A stretch of DNA of 64,000 nt, taken from positions 1 to 64,000 of the IMG/VR virus record IMGVR_UViG_3300029967_000162, one strand, 5' to 3'. The DNA comes from a virus (lineage: Duplodnaviria; Caudoviricetes). Below, in pieces: positions 31,575 to 43,130 of this stretch. The notes under the pieces are model-generated. The model did no database searches. It was not told the DNA's origin and was given only the letters and a program-made list of their open reading frames with translations. Each line of letters starts with the position of its first letter. The stretch's first letter is position 1. A program made the position numbers and the translations under genes.

Positions 31575-32633
31575 ATGGAAATCATAAACGAGAAGAAGTC
31601 TGTAGCTGCAGCTTTGTTCTGGGCAGACATACAAAAAATCATAGCTTACATACAAGAAGAAGGCAAGAAAAAATGGTTCGGGTATAAGTTTTCTATTCCT
31701 AAAGATGTCTATAGTAATCAACTAGGAAAATATTTTGAGAACCTTAAAATCAATGTAAAAATAGTCAATGATTTAGTCTACAATGGTGAAACCTTTCCAA
31801 ATGAAATGTATTATTGGACATCATATGAAGAAGAAAGGCTCAAAGAGCCAGATAAAGCTAATGATTATCCTGACAAGATGTCAAATGCAGTCATTGAGTT
31901 GAGTGTATATAAAGACTTGAACCATGATGGTCTTGAGATTGTGTTAGTTCATGAAATCAACCATCTATGGAGCACATACAATAAGATGAAGACTGAGATG
32001 ACTAAGCCTGATGATCAAGAGATAGATTCAAGTGCATTGTTGGTGATGGATGGGCCAGTCAATGACCAAAAGTTGATGGGAATGATAAACTACTATGGGT
32101 ATTCAAAGATTTGCAAAGATCTAATGTATTTGATATACCAATTATGATCTCCAACAGAAAGAAATGCATATGTTGCAGAATCTATCACAAAGTTGAAGAA
32201 TGAAATCAAGTGGGAATACTATTATAACAAAGAACTTTCAGACAATGATTTGTGGAGGTTGTTCAAGACAACAAGCATACATGAGTTCATTGAAAGGTGC
32301 AAAGATGCAATCAACAAAATTCCATTCGTATCTAATGAAGAGTTAGCTGCAATGCTGGATTCATGCCACAATCTTAGAAATTATGAAAGATTAAAGCATC
32401 ATCCAGATGAGTTCAGAAAAGTGCTTAGAACAAAGAGCTTAGATTATCTTGAGAAATATCAGAAGAAAATGTTACATGTCATGAAACTATGCAGAGAGAT
32501 GTGTGAACATTATGCATTGAGACATGCAAAGGGCATTGGGTTAGTTGGCTCAAGGTCTTCAACAAATAGTTCCTTTCTTTTTGAAAGAATTGATGAAGGG
32601 ATAGAGAAAGAAAGGATAGAAAACAAAGACTAA
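31575..32633 (+). CDS. HExxH family paralogue 5
   Basis: VHEINHLWST; YQL*SPTERNAY with TGA 32145. Confidence 0.78.
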
Positions 32634-32639
32634 GAAGAC

Positions 32640-33722
32640 ATGGAAATCATAAACGAGAAGAAGTCTGTAGCGGCAACTTTGTTCTGGTCAGATATACAGA
32701 GAATCATAGACTACATGCAGGCACATGGAAAGAACAAGCCTGTTGGAACAATCATTAAAGTCCCTGAAGAGATTTGTTTTACTCTGCTTGGGAAGTATTT
32801 TGAAAATCTCAAGATAAGCTTAGAGATATCTAAAGAGATTGTATACAATGGAGAAACCTCTCCATTAGATGGCACCCAATATAATTGGGTTTCATATGAG
32901 GAAGAAAGAACAAAAGAGCCTGACAAAGCATTAGAGTTTCCAGATAAGCTCAAAGACATATCAATTAAGATAAAAGCTTTCAGAGACCTGAGCCATGATG
33001 GTCTTGAGCTAGTCTTAGTGCATGAAATCAACCATCTGTGAGAGACATACAACAGAGCAAATGTTGAGATGCAGAAGCCAGAAGATGAAGTCGATGAGAC
33101 TTCTATGCTTGTCATGAATGGTCCAATAGACTTGAAGCTACTATTAAATGCACAGCAACTTCCTTGGATTTCAAAGAGATGCAAAGACATGCTAGGCTTG
33201 ATGTATCAGATATGGTCGCCGACAGAAAGGAATGCATATGTTGCAGAGTCTATCTCTATCCTAAGAAGAGAGATACCTTGGCATGAATATGAAAAGAAGA
33301 CTATATCCGATGAAGAGCTACTGAAGATGTTCACTACAACTAGCGTATACAGTTTCATACAAAAATCAAAGACCTTCATAGATGAAGACATTGAGAAACT
33401 CACAGAAAGAGAGCTAGAAGTCATCTTGTCTGTTTGTGTGTGCTTCAAGAATCCAAAGTCATTGCTTAAGTCTCCGGAGAAATTAAAAAAGATTCTAAAG
33501 ACAAAGAGCTTAGACTATCTTGACAAATATCAAAAGAAGATGTTGCATGTTATGAAGCTATGCAGAGAGATGACAGAGAATTTCATGGTCAGGCACTTAA
33601 AAACAAAGGGGTTGCTTGGATTGACACTTGCAACAGAAAGGCACTTCTTGTTTGAGAAGATTGATGAAGAGATAGAGAAAGAAAAGATAAAGATAGAAGA
33701 CAAGAAGGCATGGAGACTATAA
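32640..33722 (+). CDS. HExxH family paralogue 6 (tandem duplicate of paralogue 5)
   Basis: VHEINHL*ET with TGA 33039; YQIWSPTERNAY. Confidence 0.78.
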
Positions 33723-34903
33723 GTGAAAAGATAAACTGAACATCTCCAGAAGTCACAAGATTAGTTGAAGAGATTAGAGAAGTCTGCTTCAAGGATGATG
33801 TGCACACTGATTGCTCAAAGAACCGAATCAAGCATTTTAAAGTGCATCATCTAAATCTCTATGAGCAAATCAAAAAACAGTTTCCTGAAGTCACAAAGCC
33901 GGCTGAGGTAGTTTGATGGTGAGAGTTCTATGTGAAAGGCTTGCACAAGTGCAGTGCATGTGGAAAGATGCTTGAATACGGCAGAGGGGACCATCACTAC
34001 ACCTGATGTGATGAGTTCAAGTTCACACCATTCTGCTCTATAGAGTGCTCAAGGTCTGAGAAAGGCAATGCTTGTAGGATGGAGAAGACAAACAAGGCTT
34101 TCAAAGAGAAGTATGGCTGCACATTTGGTGGCCAGTATGCTGGAAATGAAGAGTTGAGGAGAAAGCAGAGAGAAAGCTTGAAGAGTCACTTTGGTGAGGA
34201 TGTTGAGAACCCAAGCCAGGCACAAGCAGTGAAAGACAAGAAAGTCAAGACATGCACAGAGCACTATGGTGGATATGGGTATGGAAGTGAAGAGCTGAGG
34301 AGGAGAGCTGAAGCAACATATAAGCAGAAGACTGGGTATAAGAATGCACAGCAAAATCCAGTGGTGAAAGCAAAGACTAAGCAAACAAACATTGAGAGAT
34401 ATGGCACAATCCTTCCAGCAAATGCAAAGCAATGGGACAACTATAGAAAAGAGTGGCTTTGGAAGTCTTGAGATACAAAGAGAGCAAACGGCACATTTGC
34501 ATCATCTAAGATCCAAGATGAAGTTGAGGAGTACTTAAAAGAAAAGTTTGGGAAAGTTGAGCATGAGTGGAATAAAGACAAGAGATATCCATGGCATTGT
34601 GACTTCTATGTTCCGAGCTTAGATCTATTCATAGAAGTGCAAGGGATGTGGACACATGGAAAGCATCCATTTGATATCACTAACAAAGAAGACTTAGCTT
34701 TACTTGAAATGTTGCAGGAGAAATCAAAGACTTCGAAGTTCTATCAAAATGCTGTTGATGTTTGATCTATTCGAGATGTAGAGAAAAGAAAGAAAGCAAT
34801 AGAAGAGAATCTCAACTTCTTTGAGTATTTTGGAAATGATTTTGAAGATTTCAAGTTACTCTTTGAAGACTATCTAAAAAACAAGAAGATGGAAGTGAAA
34901 TAA
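33710..34903 (+). CDS. Putative free-standing homing endonuclease (Zn finger, E[RK]YG repeats, Vsr/PD-(D/E)XK-like C-terminus)
   Basis: CSACG..FCSIEC; EKYG/EHYG/ERYG repeats; RYPWHCDFY...IEVQGMWTHG; six in-frame TGAs. Confidence 0.75.
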
Positions 34904-34916
34904 CTTCCATCTTCTT
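34883..34916. terminator. Bidirectional terminator hairpin
   Basis: aagaagatggaagt-gaaata-acttccatcttctt between convergent genes. Confidence 0.7.
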
Positions 34917-34936
34917 TGAAAAGTTCAACCAGGAGA

Positions 34937-35542
34937 TTAAAGGGACACCTCATCTCAAAAATCCGCGCGGTATGTCATCTGAGCCGTCCAAAGATTGTCA
35001 TTGCCATAGTCAAAATCACCAAACCCAATGTTAGTAGTTGGGAATATGTTGTAGAATATCCACTGCATGAATGGGTTGCCTACCCTGTCATGGCGGGTCA
35101 CTGTCATGCTTGGTGCTACATAGTCCTTCTTGAGGCCCATCCTGCCAGTGAGTGGATCATAGATCAAGTCATTCCATGCACGCAAGAAGTTGTATGTGTA
35201 GTTGGATGGTGTGTCAGAAGTGTACCGAAGGTTGAGCTGCCAATTGATTTGGAGATCAACAGTAGTAGATGGCTGCGCACCTGCAAAGCTACGAACTGCA
35301 AACTTGTATTTCTGCTCTTTCACACTTCCAGAGCTCTTTGCGGTGTCAATGCCACTTACACTCTGTGCACCTTCAAGGATGACAAGCACTTCTTCATCAG
35401 AGGAAGACAGCCCAAGGCCAGTTGGAGGGTCCAGCTGGATCGTGAACATGTTTCCATATATAGGCTCATACAAGGATGTAGAGACACGTGAGCTACGGTA
35501 GTTGCTGAGTCCCAACAGTCCTTTTGACTTTTGTTCTGCCAT
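34937..35542 (-). CDS. Tail tube protein (T4 gp19-like)
   Basis: FLRAWNDLIYDPLTG..GLKKDY; YNIFPT; C-terminal ADF*DE with TGA 34955. Confidence 0.85.
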
Positions 35543-35705
35543 ATTTCTAAATAACTAAAATTTCATCTGTATGGTATTTATTTTGTTGTGGCTAGAAATA
35601 TGAAGCAAAAGATCAATGAAAGATTTTTTGAGATTTTTCATCTTCTTCCAAGACTTCTTCCTCTAGGACAATAAAAACTTTGAACATTTCAAAAAATTGA
35701 AGAAG

Positions 35706-36266
35706 ATGAAAGTCATCATTGTAGAAGGTCCTGCTGGACTTGGAAAGAGCTTGACAATAGACAACTTGCTTGACAAGATAGACAAAGAGAGTGATGGGAA
35801 GGCATTTGTGAAGTATGTGCGTTGCCAGCTTCCTGAGCAGAAGTCAGACATCATGACAATCAAGAAACCTTATGTGAGCCTCATAGATGAGCTCAAGGCG
35901 GATGCTGAAGATGAAGAGTTTGACTATGTCATCATTGAAGGATTCATTGAGAATGCAATTGTACATGTGCCTTCTCTGAGGGCTGAGCTCCAAGAGTTCT
36001 CCGACAAAGTTCTTGCAAGAGACTTCATCTCTGCTCTTGGTGAAGACAATGTGCTCTATGTCCAGCTTGCTGCATCTCCTAAGTGGGCTTATTCTACAGA
36101 TGGTTCAATGACGGAAGCAGAGAAGGAAGAAGAGGCAAAGCTCTATGATGAAGCTTTCGAGCAGGCTCCTTACAAGCACAAGAACAAGGTGCATGTAGAG
36201 CAGAACAATGGCTGGAAGGTGAACTTCAGAGTGCTTGATGAAGCTCTTGGAGGATTTGAGCTCTAG
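35706..36266 (+). CDS. P-loop nucleotide kinase-like protein
   Basis: MKVIIVEGPAGLGKS, VIIE. Confidence 0.6.
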   Translation: MKVIIVEGPAGLGKSLTIDNLLDKIDKESDGKAFVKYVRCQLPEQKSDIMTIKKPYVSLIDELKADAEDEEFDYVIIEGFIENAIVHVPSLRAELQEFSDKVLARDFISALGEDNVLYVQLAASPKWAYSTDGSMTEAEKEEEAKLYDEAFEQAPYKHKNKVHVEQNNGWKVNFRVLDEALGGFEL

Positions 36267-36383
36267 CTCAAGGCTTCAAGCTTTTTCATATTTTCATTTT
36301 GTGTAGTTTGGTTTTGGCCACACCTGAGAGATAAATCTTCTTGGTGTGGCATTTTTGTGCCATCTAACTTGTCTATCACACAC

Positions 36384-37232
36384 ATGGCTAAGAAGAAGTA
36401 CAATGTAGAGTCAATCCTTGAGGAAGTCTCCTCTGAAGACATACTCCAAGATGGGGAAGTCAACCTCAACTCATTCATATTGAAAGACGAGCTCTGCCCA
36501 GAGATTTGGCATGAAGGAAAGCTTGACAAGAGAATCCTCTCGCAGCTCGAGAAAGTCGCAAATGACTTCTTTGAGAAGCTTGACCTTGGGGACATACTCC
36601 CAGAGCTCTCTGAAGAAGAGATCCAGACTAAGCTCAGAGACATATACTTTATAGGGAGCCTTGCCTCTTACAACTGGTCTAAGTACTCCGACATTGACTT
36701 GCATCTTGTGATGGACTTCACAGAGCTTGCAGATGAGCATGACATGCCTCTCCTCAAGAAGTACTTCACTGCTTGCAAGAATGAGTGGAATCTTGCACAC
36801 CCTGACTTGAAAGTCCTTGGCTATGAAGTTGAAGTCTATGTCCAAGACATCAATGAAGAGAATGCGGCAAATGGCATCTACAGTGTGATGGATGATGAGT
36901 GGGTCAAAGAGCCAGAGACGATGGTCGAAGCAAACCTTGACAAGAGCCTTGTGCTGAAGAAAGTCAAGGACATCATGGTGCAAGTCGACATGCTTGAGAG
37001 ATTGGTAGAAGGTGCCCAGACTAAAGACTCGCTTGCATTGCCTTCTGAGTTTGCAAGCTCACTCTGGTCAAAGATCGTGCTCTCTAGGAGAGAGTCGCTT
37101 GCAGCCGGCCTTGGTGAGATGAACACGGACAACATCATCTTCAAGTGCTTGCGCAGGCTTGGCTACCTTGAGAAGCTCAAGAAGCTCAAGAACAAGATCT
37201 ATGACTTAGAGAACAGCACTGAGAGAGACTAA
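36384..37232 (+). CDS. Pol-beta superfamily nucleotidyltransferase
   Basis: GSLASYNWSKYSDIDLH, YEVEVYVQD. Confidence 0.8.
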   Translation: MAKKKYNVESILEEVSSEDILQDGEVNLNSFILKDELCPEIWHEGKLDKRILSQLEKVANDFFEKLDLGDILPELSEEEIQTKLRDIYFIGSLASYNWSKYSDIDLHLVMDFTELADEHDMPLLKKYFTACKNEWNLAHPDLKVLGYEVEVYVQDINEENAANGIYSVMDDEWVKEPETMVEANLDKSLVLKKVKDIMVQVDMLERLVEGAQTKDSLALPSEFASSLWSKIVLSRRESLAAGLGEMNTDNIIFKCLRRLGYLEKLKKLKNKIYDLENSTERD

Positions 37233-37237
37233 GAGCT

Positions 37238-37810
37238 CTACAGCACCCCTAATGAGTGGAGGGTCTTCTCTGTGATGATGACAAACTCACAACCCCTCTC
37301 ATTCACATACTTCTTGGCGGCGTTCCACTTTGCGACATTCACTAAGTAAGTGTTTGCCTCATTGATGTATCTTCGGTGGTCTTTGAGCTTTGCACCTTGC
37401 TGGAGCGGCTTTGGGGCTTGTGTCTGAGCATAAGGCTTCACTTCACCGAACACTTTCTTCACTGTGCCATCTTGCTGCTTCACTTCCCACCAGAAGTCTA
37501 GGTAATATGTAGCTGGTGCAAAGTTGTGTGGGTCATTTGGATCTAAGCCTTGAGCCCTGCACTTAGTGAGGTTCTTGACTGGGTTGAGGTATGGTATGCC
37601 TATAGGCTCTGATGCTCACCGCACTATAGATGGAGACCGGTCAAGCCAAGACATGAAGGCATACTCTCATGATGACCGATACTCATTCACTCTAGAGATG
37701 CACTTCTCTGGATGGAGGGAAGGGATGAAGTACCCTTGCTTGTATCGAGTCTTGGACTCATCTAGTATTGGTGCATTCCTCTTCTTGTATGCAGCTAGGC
37801 TGCTTGCCAT
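37238..37810 (-). CDS. Head completion nuclease (T4 gp4 / TnsA-like)
   Basis: YKQG.F.P.HPEK, YRSS*E, R*ASEPI.IPY, YYLDF, EVKP, NVAKWNAA; TGAs at 37667 and 37616 fall at family-conserved Trp. Confidence 0.88.
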
Positions 37811-37813
37811 GTG

Positions 37814-38248
37814 CTATGAGATTGGGTTCCACTCTGGGATGACAGATGTGTCACCAATGACATCCCAGTCATTGCCGGTAAAGACATACTCTTCATATGT
37901 GCCATCTACCTGCTTTACAAGATAGAATGTGTTTGACTCTGGTGTAGATGGGAGTGCACTCACGACTTCCATCTTCCATGCAGAAGCAGAAGCATTTGCA
38001 ACATACTCTTCAAAAGCCTCTTTGGTGACATATCCAGATCCTTCATCATCACTTCCTGCACTGTACCTATGCACACGGCGGTCATTCTCAAAGATTGAGC
38101 CTAGCACTTCTAAGTTGACTTTAGAAGAGATCTTAGCATATTTAGGGAGAGCCGTACTTGGGTCTGGGATGAGAGCAGCTTTAGAAGTGTCTTCTGGTGT
38201 CACAGTAGTGACATCGTATCTTGGATATGATATGACTTTGACTGACAT
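37814..38248 (-). CDS. Putative virion/fibre-associated protein
   Basis: VVSALP..NTFYLV..YEEYVF..WDVIG motif common in phage fibre proteins. Confidence 0.55.
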   Translation of the reverse strand: MSVKVISYPRYDVTTVTPEDTSKAALIPDPSTALPKYAKISSKVNLEVLGSIFENDRRVHRYSAGSDDEGSGYVTKEAFEEYVANASASAWKMEVVSALPSTPESNTFYLVKQVDGTYEEYVFTGNDWDVIGDTSVIPEWNPIS

Positions 38249-38315
38249 GTCTAGATAAAATCTTTATATCTAAATTTATCTAGAGGAGGCATTTGTGAAA
38301 AAATATTTCACAGTT

Positions 38316-38340
38316 TCGAAAGTTTGTGTTATATTTGCAA
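38316..38340 (+). promoter_or_regulatory. Bacteroidota sigma-A type promoter
   Basis: TATATTTGCA; 25-mer shared with 23894-23918. Confidence 0.7.
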
Positions 38341-38361
38341 CAGAAACTAAAAGACAAGAAC

Positions 38362-38600
38362 ATGAAGAGAACCCACAGTATGTGTCATGGCTCTTCACTT
38401 CAGGTGCGGCAAACTTCTCAAAGACTTGCTTGAAAGAGATTGTAGCTGCTGGGCATGAAGACATAGTTGAGATGATCAACAAAGAGAAAGACAAGAAGGC
38501 GCAAGCTCGAAAGCTGAAGAGGGAGAAAGCCTTGAAGACAGAGAAGTTCAACGAGCTTATAAAACAAGGAAACTGGGAAGAAGCCGAGAAGTACATCTAA
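38362..38600 (+). CDS. Small hypothetical protein (probable frameshift just after the start)
   Basis: ATG 38362 downstream of the promoter is out of frame by 1 nt with PQYVSWLF... Confidence 0.45.
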
Positions 38601-38604
38601 GCAG

Positions 38605-39066
38605 ATGGAAGAGCAAGAGACCATAGAGCAGCAGTCACTGGCAGATAGGCTCCAGATGATACAAGAGAGATGGACAAGCAGGGTCACAGCTCTGAATGAG
38701 AAGATGAAGACTCTGTATGACATTGACTCTCTGCTCAATGTTGTGTATGCAGACAGGCAGGATCTTGTCGACTACTACACAAACATCATGTTCACTCTTG
38801 CAAAGCTCACCAAGCAGTACAATGTGAAAGCAGCTGAGTGCTACAACAAGCTCAAAGTTGGTGAGAATGGCATCAGATACACAAATGAGAGTGCAATCAA
38901 CAACCAGATAGAAGCACAGCTCAGTGAGTTCAAGCATCCGATTCAGCTGCTCAGCTCACACATTGAGTATCTCAGGGAGACGATGAAGACCATAGACTCA
39001 CTCATCTTTGGGATCAGCAGCAAGATAAAGGTGTATGAGCTTGTGAATAGCAAGAGCACAAAGTAG
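38605..39066 (+). CDS. Putative UvsY-like recombination mediator
   Basis: Helical 153 aa; C-terminal IEYLRETMKTIDSLIFGI pattern; near SSB and primase. Confidence 0.45.
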   Translation: MEEQETIEQQSLADRLQMIQERWTSRVTALNEKMKTLYDIDSLLNVVYADRQDLVDYYTNIMFTLAKLTKQYNVKAAECYNKLKVGENGIRYTNESAINNQIEAQLSEFKHPIQLLSSHIEYLRETMKTIDSLIFGISSKIKVYELVNSKSTK

Positions 39067-39107
39067 CAACCCTCAGATAGATAATACATAATTAAGAAAC
39101 AAAGAAG

Positions 39108-39689
39108 ATGGAAGTCAACAACAAATATTCATTCTCTCTTGAGCTTGCTATAGTAGCATTGCTTGCAGCTCAAGGGCTCTCATTCACTTACTATGTCGTA
39201 GGTGAAGCTAAGAAGAGGAAAGTGAAGAAGATCCTGCAAGAAGTTCTTGATGGTGGATCTTGGTCAAATGTGGAGGTTGTCGCACAAGACACTGATCGTG
39301 AAAATGAAGTTTCTGGTGACATTGAGATAGATGGATACCACATTGATATAAAGACAGGCAGTGGCGAGAACACTACCGGCTCGGTGTCTGCATATCTTGA
39401 CAGCCCGATCCACACTGATGTAGACTACTACCTCTCTACAGATGCAGATGGCGGCAATGTGAAAGTCTACTCTGCTATAGATGTGAAGAACTCTATGGTG
39501 AGAGGCACTGAATGGAGAAAAAGCAAAATCAATCCTGGCCAGTCATACATCCCTCTCTGGAAGTTCAATGACATCAGCAGCTCCCTCACAGATGAGACTC
39601 TTCGTGAAGTATATCACACTGTCAGAGATGGCTCTGACTGGATTGCTAAGAATGTCGTGCCAATCCACAACATGCTTTGGAGGCAATAA
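39108..39689 (+). CDS. Hypothetical protein, possible restriction-endonuclease-like fold
   Basis: GDIEIDGYHIDIKT resembles a D...(D/E)xK motif. Confidence 0.45.
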   Translation: MEVNNKYSFSLELAIVALLAAQGLSFTYYVVGEAKKRKVKKILQEVLDGGSWSNVEVVAQDTDRENEVSGDIEIDGYHIDIKTGSGENTTGSVSAYLDSPIHTDVDYYLSTDADGGNVKVYSAIDVKNSMVRGTEWRKSKINPGQSYIPLWKFNDISSSLTDETLREVYHTVRDGSDWIAKNVVPIHNMLWRQ

Positions 39690-39692
39690 GCC

Positions 39693-39863
39693 ATGAAAGA
39701 GAATGAGATGATAGGGACAGAGAACTACAAGGTGAAAGACTGCCCATTCCATGTGCCTAAGCAGAACATGAAGTTCTTCAAGGCAATGCAAGATGCAGTA
39801 GCTGGAAACACACTCTCTTCAGAGTTAGCTGACATGTTTGTGAAGTCACAATCTAAAAGTTAG
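39693..39863 (+). CDS. Small hypothetical protein
   Basis: MKENEMIG... in tight operon spacing. Confidence 0.5.
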   Translation: MKENEMIGTENYKVKDCPFHVPKQNMKFFKAMQDAVAGNTLSSELADMFVKSQSKS

Positions 39864-39868
39864 ATACT

Positions 39869-40018
39869 ATGGACTACCACTACGCACCACAGCAGGTGAA
39901 AGATGAAGGAGCACTTGCACTCTTAGGAGAGATCAGAGATCTCCTCAAGAAGCTCACAGAGCAGAATGGAGAGATCTTAGAGAAGCTCAGCAAAGGCAGC
40001 AATGCCCTGAATGGATAA
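39869..40018 (+). CDS. Small hypothetical protein
   Basis: MDYHYAPQQ... in tight operon spacing. Confidence 0.5.
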   Translation: MDYHYAPQQVKDEGALALLGEIRDLLKKLTEQNGEILEKLSKGSNALNG

Positions 40019-40024
40019 GGTGAC

Positions 40025-40690
40025 ATGATACTCAATGGCAAGCATAGTAATGGAATCACAAAGATAGGAAACCTCATTGAGTGGTTCCACCAACTTGCTG
40101 TGTGCTGCCAAGTCTCTGATGAAGAAGCCCAGAGCTGATGCGCTTCAACTGTAGAGGTTGATGGCTTGACTTATGTGAACCTCAACAAGATGAAGTATAG
40201 TCTGTCATTGCCTTCATGGAGTGATTTGTTTGATGTTGCACCAAGTGTGAGGTTTGGCTATGTGCCTTCTGTGAGGTTCTACAGTGTGCCTTCTTCTGAC
40301 AAGCTTGTGCCGATGTGCTGCAACAACATCTTGATAGAAGACAACTTTGTGAAGGACTTAGGTCTTCTCTCAAAGCTCTACATTGCAAAGAATGGAAGCC
40401 CAACACAGTCTGTGCACATCATTGCAAACAAGCTCACAGACTTCTCATTCCTTGGCAGCTTCTTTGCAACATATGAGAGAGATGAAAAGCCAAGGCTCAC
40501 TCTCAAGATCATTGACTATGCAGATGTTCCAGATGAGCAGCTCAGGAAGATCGCACGGTGCACAGCAAAAGTGAACTGCACATTGCTAGTTGCAATGGAA
40601 GACAATGTGTGGTCTAAGCTCCTCAAGCTCTGTGAGGAAGAAGGATGCAACATGAAGTGCATCCACTCAATATCGACAGGCAAAGCCTAA
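40025..40690 (+). CDS. Hypothetical protein
   Basis: ATG 40025 in frame with the track ORF through one TGA. Confidence 0.6.
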
Positions 40691-40782
40691 GACTTTCAAG
40701 TTTCAGTTTGATAAAATCTAAGCTTGGTGAAAGACCAAGCAAAGTTTAAAGTTTTTTATAAAAGTTAAAGTTAGTTAAAGTT

Positions 40783-41817
40783 ATGAGCAACAACCCAATG
40801 GACATCTTCAATGTTGTCCCGACAATCCAAGATGCACAGGTGAACAAAGTCTCTGATGAGTTCCATCCTAGTCCGAAGAACTCTAAGAATGGAGTCTATG
40901 AAGCTGTGGTTAGGTTCCTCCCGAACCCAGATGATCCAGCAAACAAGTCTGTGCTCAGGAAGAATGTAGCATTCTTGACGAATCCAATCACAAATGAGAG
41001 CAAGCTTGTAGACTGCCCTTCGACTGTGGGCAAGCCTGACCCGATAGTGAACACCTTCTTCACATTGAGGAAGTCTAACTCCGCTGTCAAGCAGGAGCAA
41101 AGCAAGATGTTCAGCCGTAGGCAGAGGTATGCAAGCTTGGTCCAGGTGCTGAAGTGCACGACAAATCCAGACCTTGAGAACAGAATCCTCATCTGGAACT
41201 ACGGCATCAAGATCTATCAGAAGCTCCAGAATGAGATGGCACCCGCAATCGGTGATCCTCGCAACCCGTTCGATGTGCTGAATGGCCGTGCATTCCTTGT
41301 TAAAGTGAAGGAAGTAGGCGGGTTCAGCAACTATGATGACTGCCAGTTTGTCGATGTCGACAAGAGTGTGAGTGCATTCAGGATTGAGACTTCTAAGGGA
41401 TTCATCCCTGTGACCCAGGAGCTCATTGCATCAGAGAAGGGCAGGAATGCAATCGTCACATATCTCAAGGAGCACATGCCTGACACGACACCTTATGAGT
41501 ACCATGAATGGGATGAGCAGACTGAGCAGTTTGTGTCTCAGGTCATCAAGATGTACATAGATCCAAACTATGTGCCTAGCTCTGCAACTTCTGCTCCAGC
41601 ACAAGGACCTGCAGCGACTCCGACTATTGGCAGCTTGACACCTAGTGCTGACATAGTGTCAAGCGCTCCTAAGCAGCAGAGCTCTGGCTCTCTTGACCTT
41701 GACAGCCTTGGGATTGGCAATGTCGCAGAAGTAGTCAACCAGAGCAATGTAGCTCCTGCACCTCAGCCGAGCACTGAGATGCCGGATCTGTCTGACATCC
41801 TCTCGAACATCCTCTAA
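40783..41817 (+). CDS. Single-stranded DNA-binding protein (T4 gp32-like)
   Basis: AVVRFLP, DCPSTVG, WNYGIKI, NPFD..GR.F.VKVK.VGGFSNYD, low-complexity tail. Confidence 0.9.
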   Translation: MSNNPMDIFNVVPTIQDAQVNKVSDEFHPSPKNSKNGVYEAVVRFLPNPDDPANKSVLRKNVAFLTNPITNESKLVDCPSTVGKPDPIVNTFFTLRKSNSAVKQEQSKMFSRRQRYASLVQVLKCTTNPDLENRILIWNYGIKIYQKLQNEMAPAIGDPRNPFDVLNGRAFLVKVKEVGGFSNYDDCQFVDVDKSVSAFRIETSKGFIPVTQELIASEKGRNAIVTYLKEHMPDTTPYEYHEWDEQTEQFVSQVIKMYIDPNYVPSSATSAPAQGPAATPTIGSLTPSADIVSSAPKQQSSGSLDLDSLGIGNVAEVVNQSNVAPAPQPSTEMPDLSDILSNIL

Positions 41818-41910
41818 GCCTGTTCTTGTTTTTCATACTTACATAACATGCAAGCCTTGTGTCTAGATGATGCAAGACTTGCATCTTTCTTTTGCATACA
41901 ATCTTGTGAG

Positions 41911-43020
41911 ATGGAAGCAACAAATGACATGTTCAATGTGAGCATCAATGCTCTGCAAGACACCAATGTCTCAATAGAAGACACAAAGGAAGAGCTTGCA
42001 GACAGAGTGAGCATGATACTCAAGAGAGAGTTCCCGCACAACATGCAGAAGCAGAGAGTGAAAGTGACTCGAGAGAGCCTCAACTTTGCATGCCCATACT
42101 GTGGAGACTCTGCAATAGATGACTCTCGCAAGCGTGGGTACCTCACATTCGCTGGCAAGTGGGCAGGACACTACAAGTGCTACAACTGTGGCAAGCACAC
42201 ATCAGTGCTTAGGTTCTTCAAAGACTTCAATGAAGAGCCAAGCTTGGCAGCTGTGGCATTGCTTGCAGATGTGTCTTCAAACTCTGCACAGAGGATGCAA
42301 AGCAGTACAAGAGCATTCAATGGATTTGACAGAGAAGAAATCAAGAAGTATGGAGTTGAAAAGATCAAGCTTGCGGCATTGCTGAGGGCATTTCCAATAG
42401 ATGATCCTATCAGTGCGCCATGCAAGGCATATCTCATTAAGAGGAGGCAGCTTGACCTCTCAAAGTTCATGTACATCCCATCACTCAAGTGGCTTGTCAT
42501 CTTGAACTTTGCAGATGACATTGTCATTGGTATGCAGCTCAGAGACTTGACCGGCCAACGACAAGCGCGATACAATACTTTCAATCTGTCAAGAATCCAC
42601 TCAAGCATATTGAGAAATCATGTTGAGGTCCCAACTAAGCTTGATGAGTCATCTCTCATCTACAACTTGTACAGCATTGACTGGAACAAGCCAGTCATCG
42701 TGACTGAAGGGCCGCTCGACTCATTCTTAGTGCCAAATGGCATTGCGACAGCTGGAGCAAACAAGCATGTGAGCTTGCCAATGAAGCTCTGGTGGCTCTT
42801 TGACAATGATGAGACTGGAAGGAAGCATGCAATCGAGAAGCTCAACAACAATGAGCAGGTGTTCATGTGGGACAAGCTCATGAGAGACTTAGGTCTGCCA
42901 CAGCGCAAGAAGTGGGATGTGAATGATGTTGTGATGTGGATGCACCTGAATGGAATCAACAAGAAGGTAGACTGGCTGAGCTACTTCAGTGATGACCCAT
43001 TCGACATGCTCTCTATCTAA
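41911..43020 (+). CDS. DNA primase (T4 gp61-like)
   Basis: NFACPYCGDS..YKCYNCG Zn domain; TOPRIM VTEGPLDS, FDNDETG, DVND. Confidence 0.9.
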   Translation: MEATNDMFNVSINALQDTNVSIEDTKEELADRVSMILKREFPHNMQKQRVKVTRESLNFACPYCGDSAIDDSRKRGYLTFAGKWAGHYKCYNCGKHTSVLRFFKDFNEEPSLAAVALLADVSSNSAQRMQSSTRAFNGFDREEIKKYGVEKIKLAALLRAFPIDDPISAPCKAYLIKRRQLDLSKFMYIPSLKWLVILNFADDIVIGMQLRDLTGQRQARYNTFNLSRIHSSILRNHVEVPTKLDESSLIYNLYSIDWNKPVIVTEGPLDSFLVPNGIATAGANKHVSLPMKLWWLFDNDETGRKHAIEKLNNNEQVFMWDKLMRDLGLPQRKKWDVNDVVMWMHLNGINKKVDWLSYFSDDPFDMLSI

Positions 43021-43032
43021 GTCAGGGTGTAG

Positions 43033-43130
43033 GATGCCCTAGGAATGCGACATTTTGCCCTAGTGGGCGGCTAAGCCCAATTCTGAATAACTAATCAAAA
43101 AGTCAAATTTGAAGATTTGCCATCACCAGG
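43033..43130. repeat. Partial copy C of the non-coding element
   Basis: gatgccctaggaatgcgacattttgccctagtgggcggctaagc is identical to 12420-12463; further similarity through aactaatcaaaa..ttgaag.tttgcc. Confidence 0.88.
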
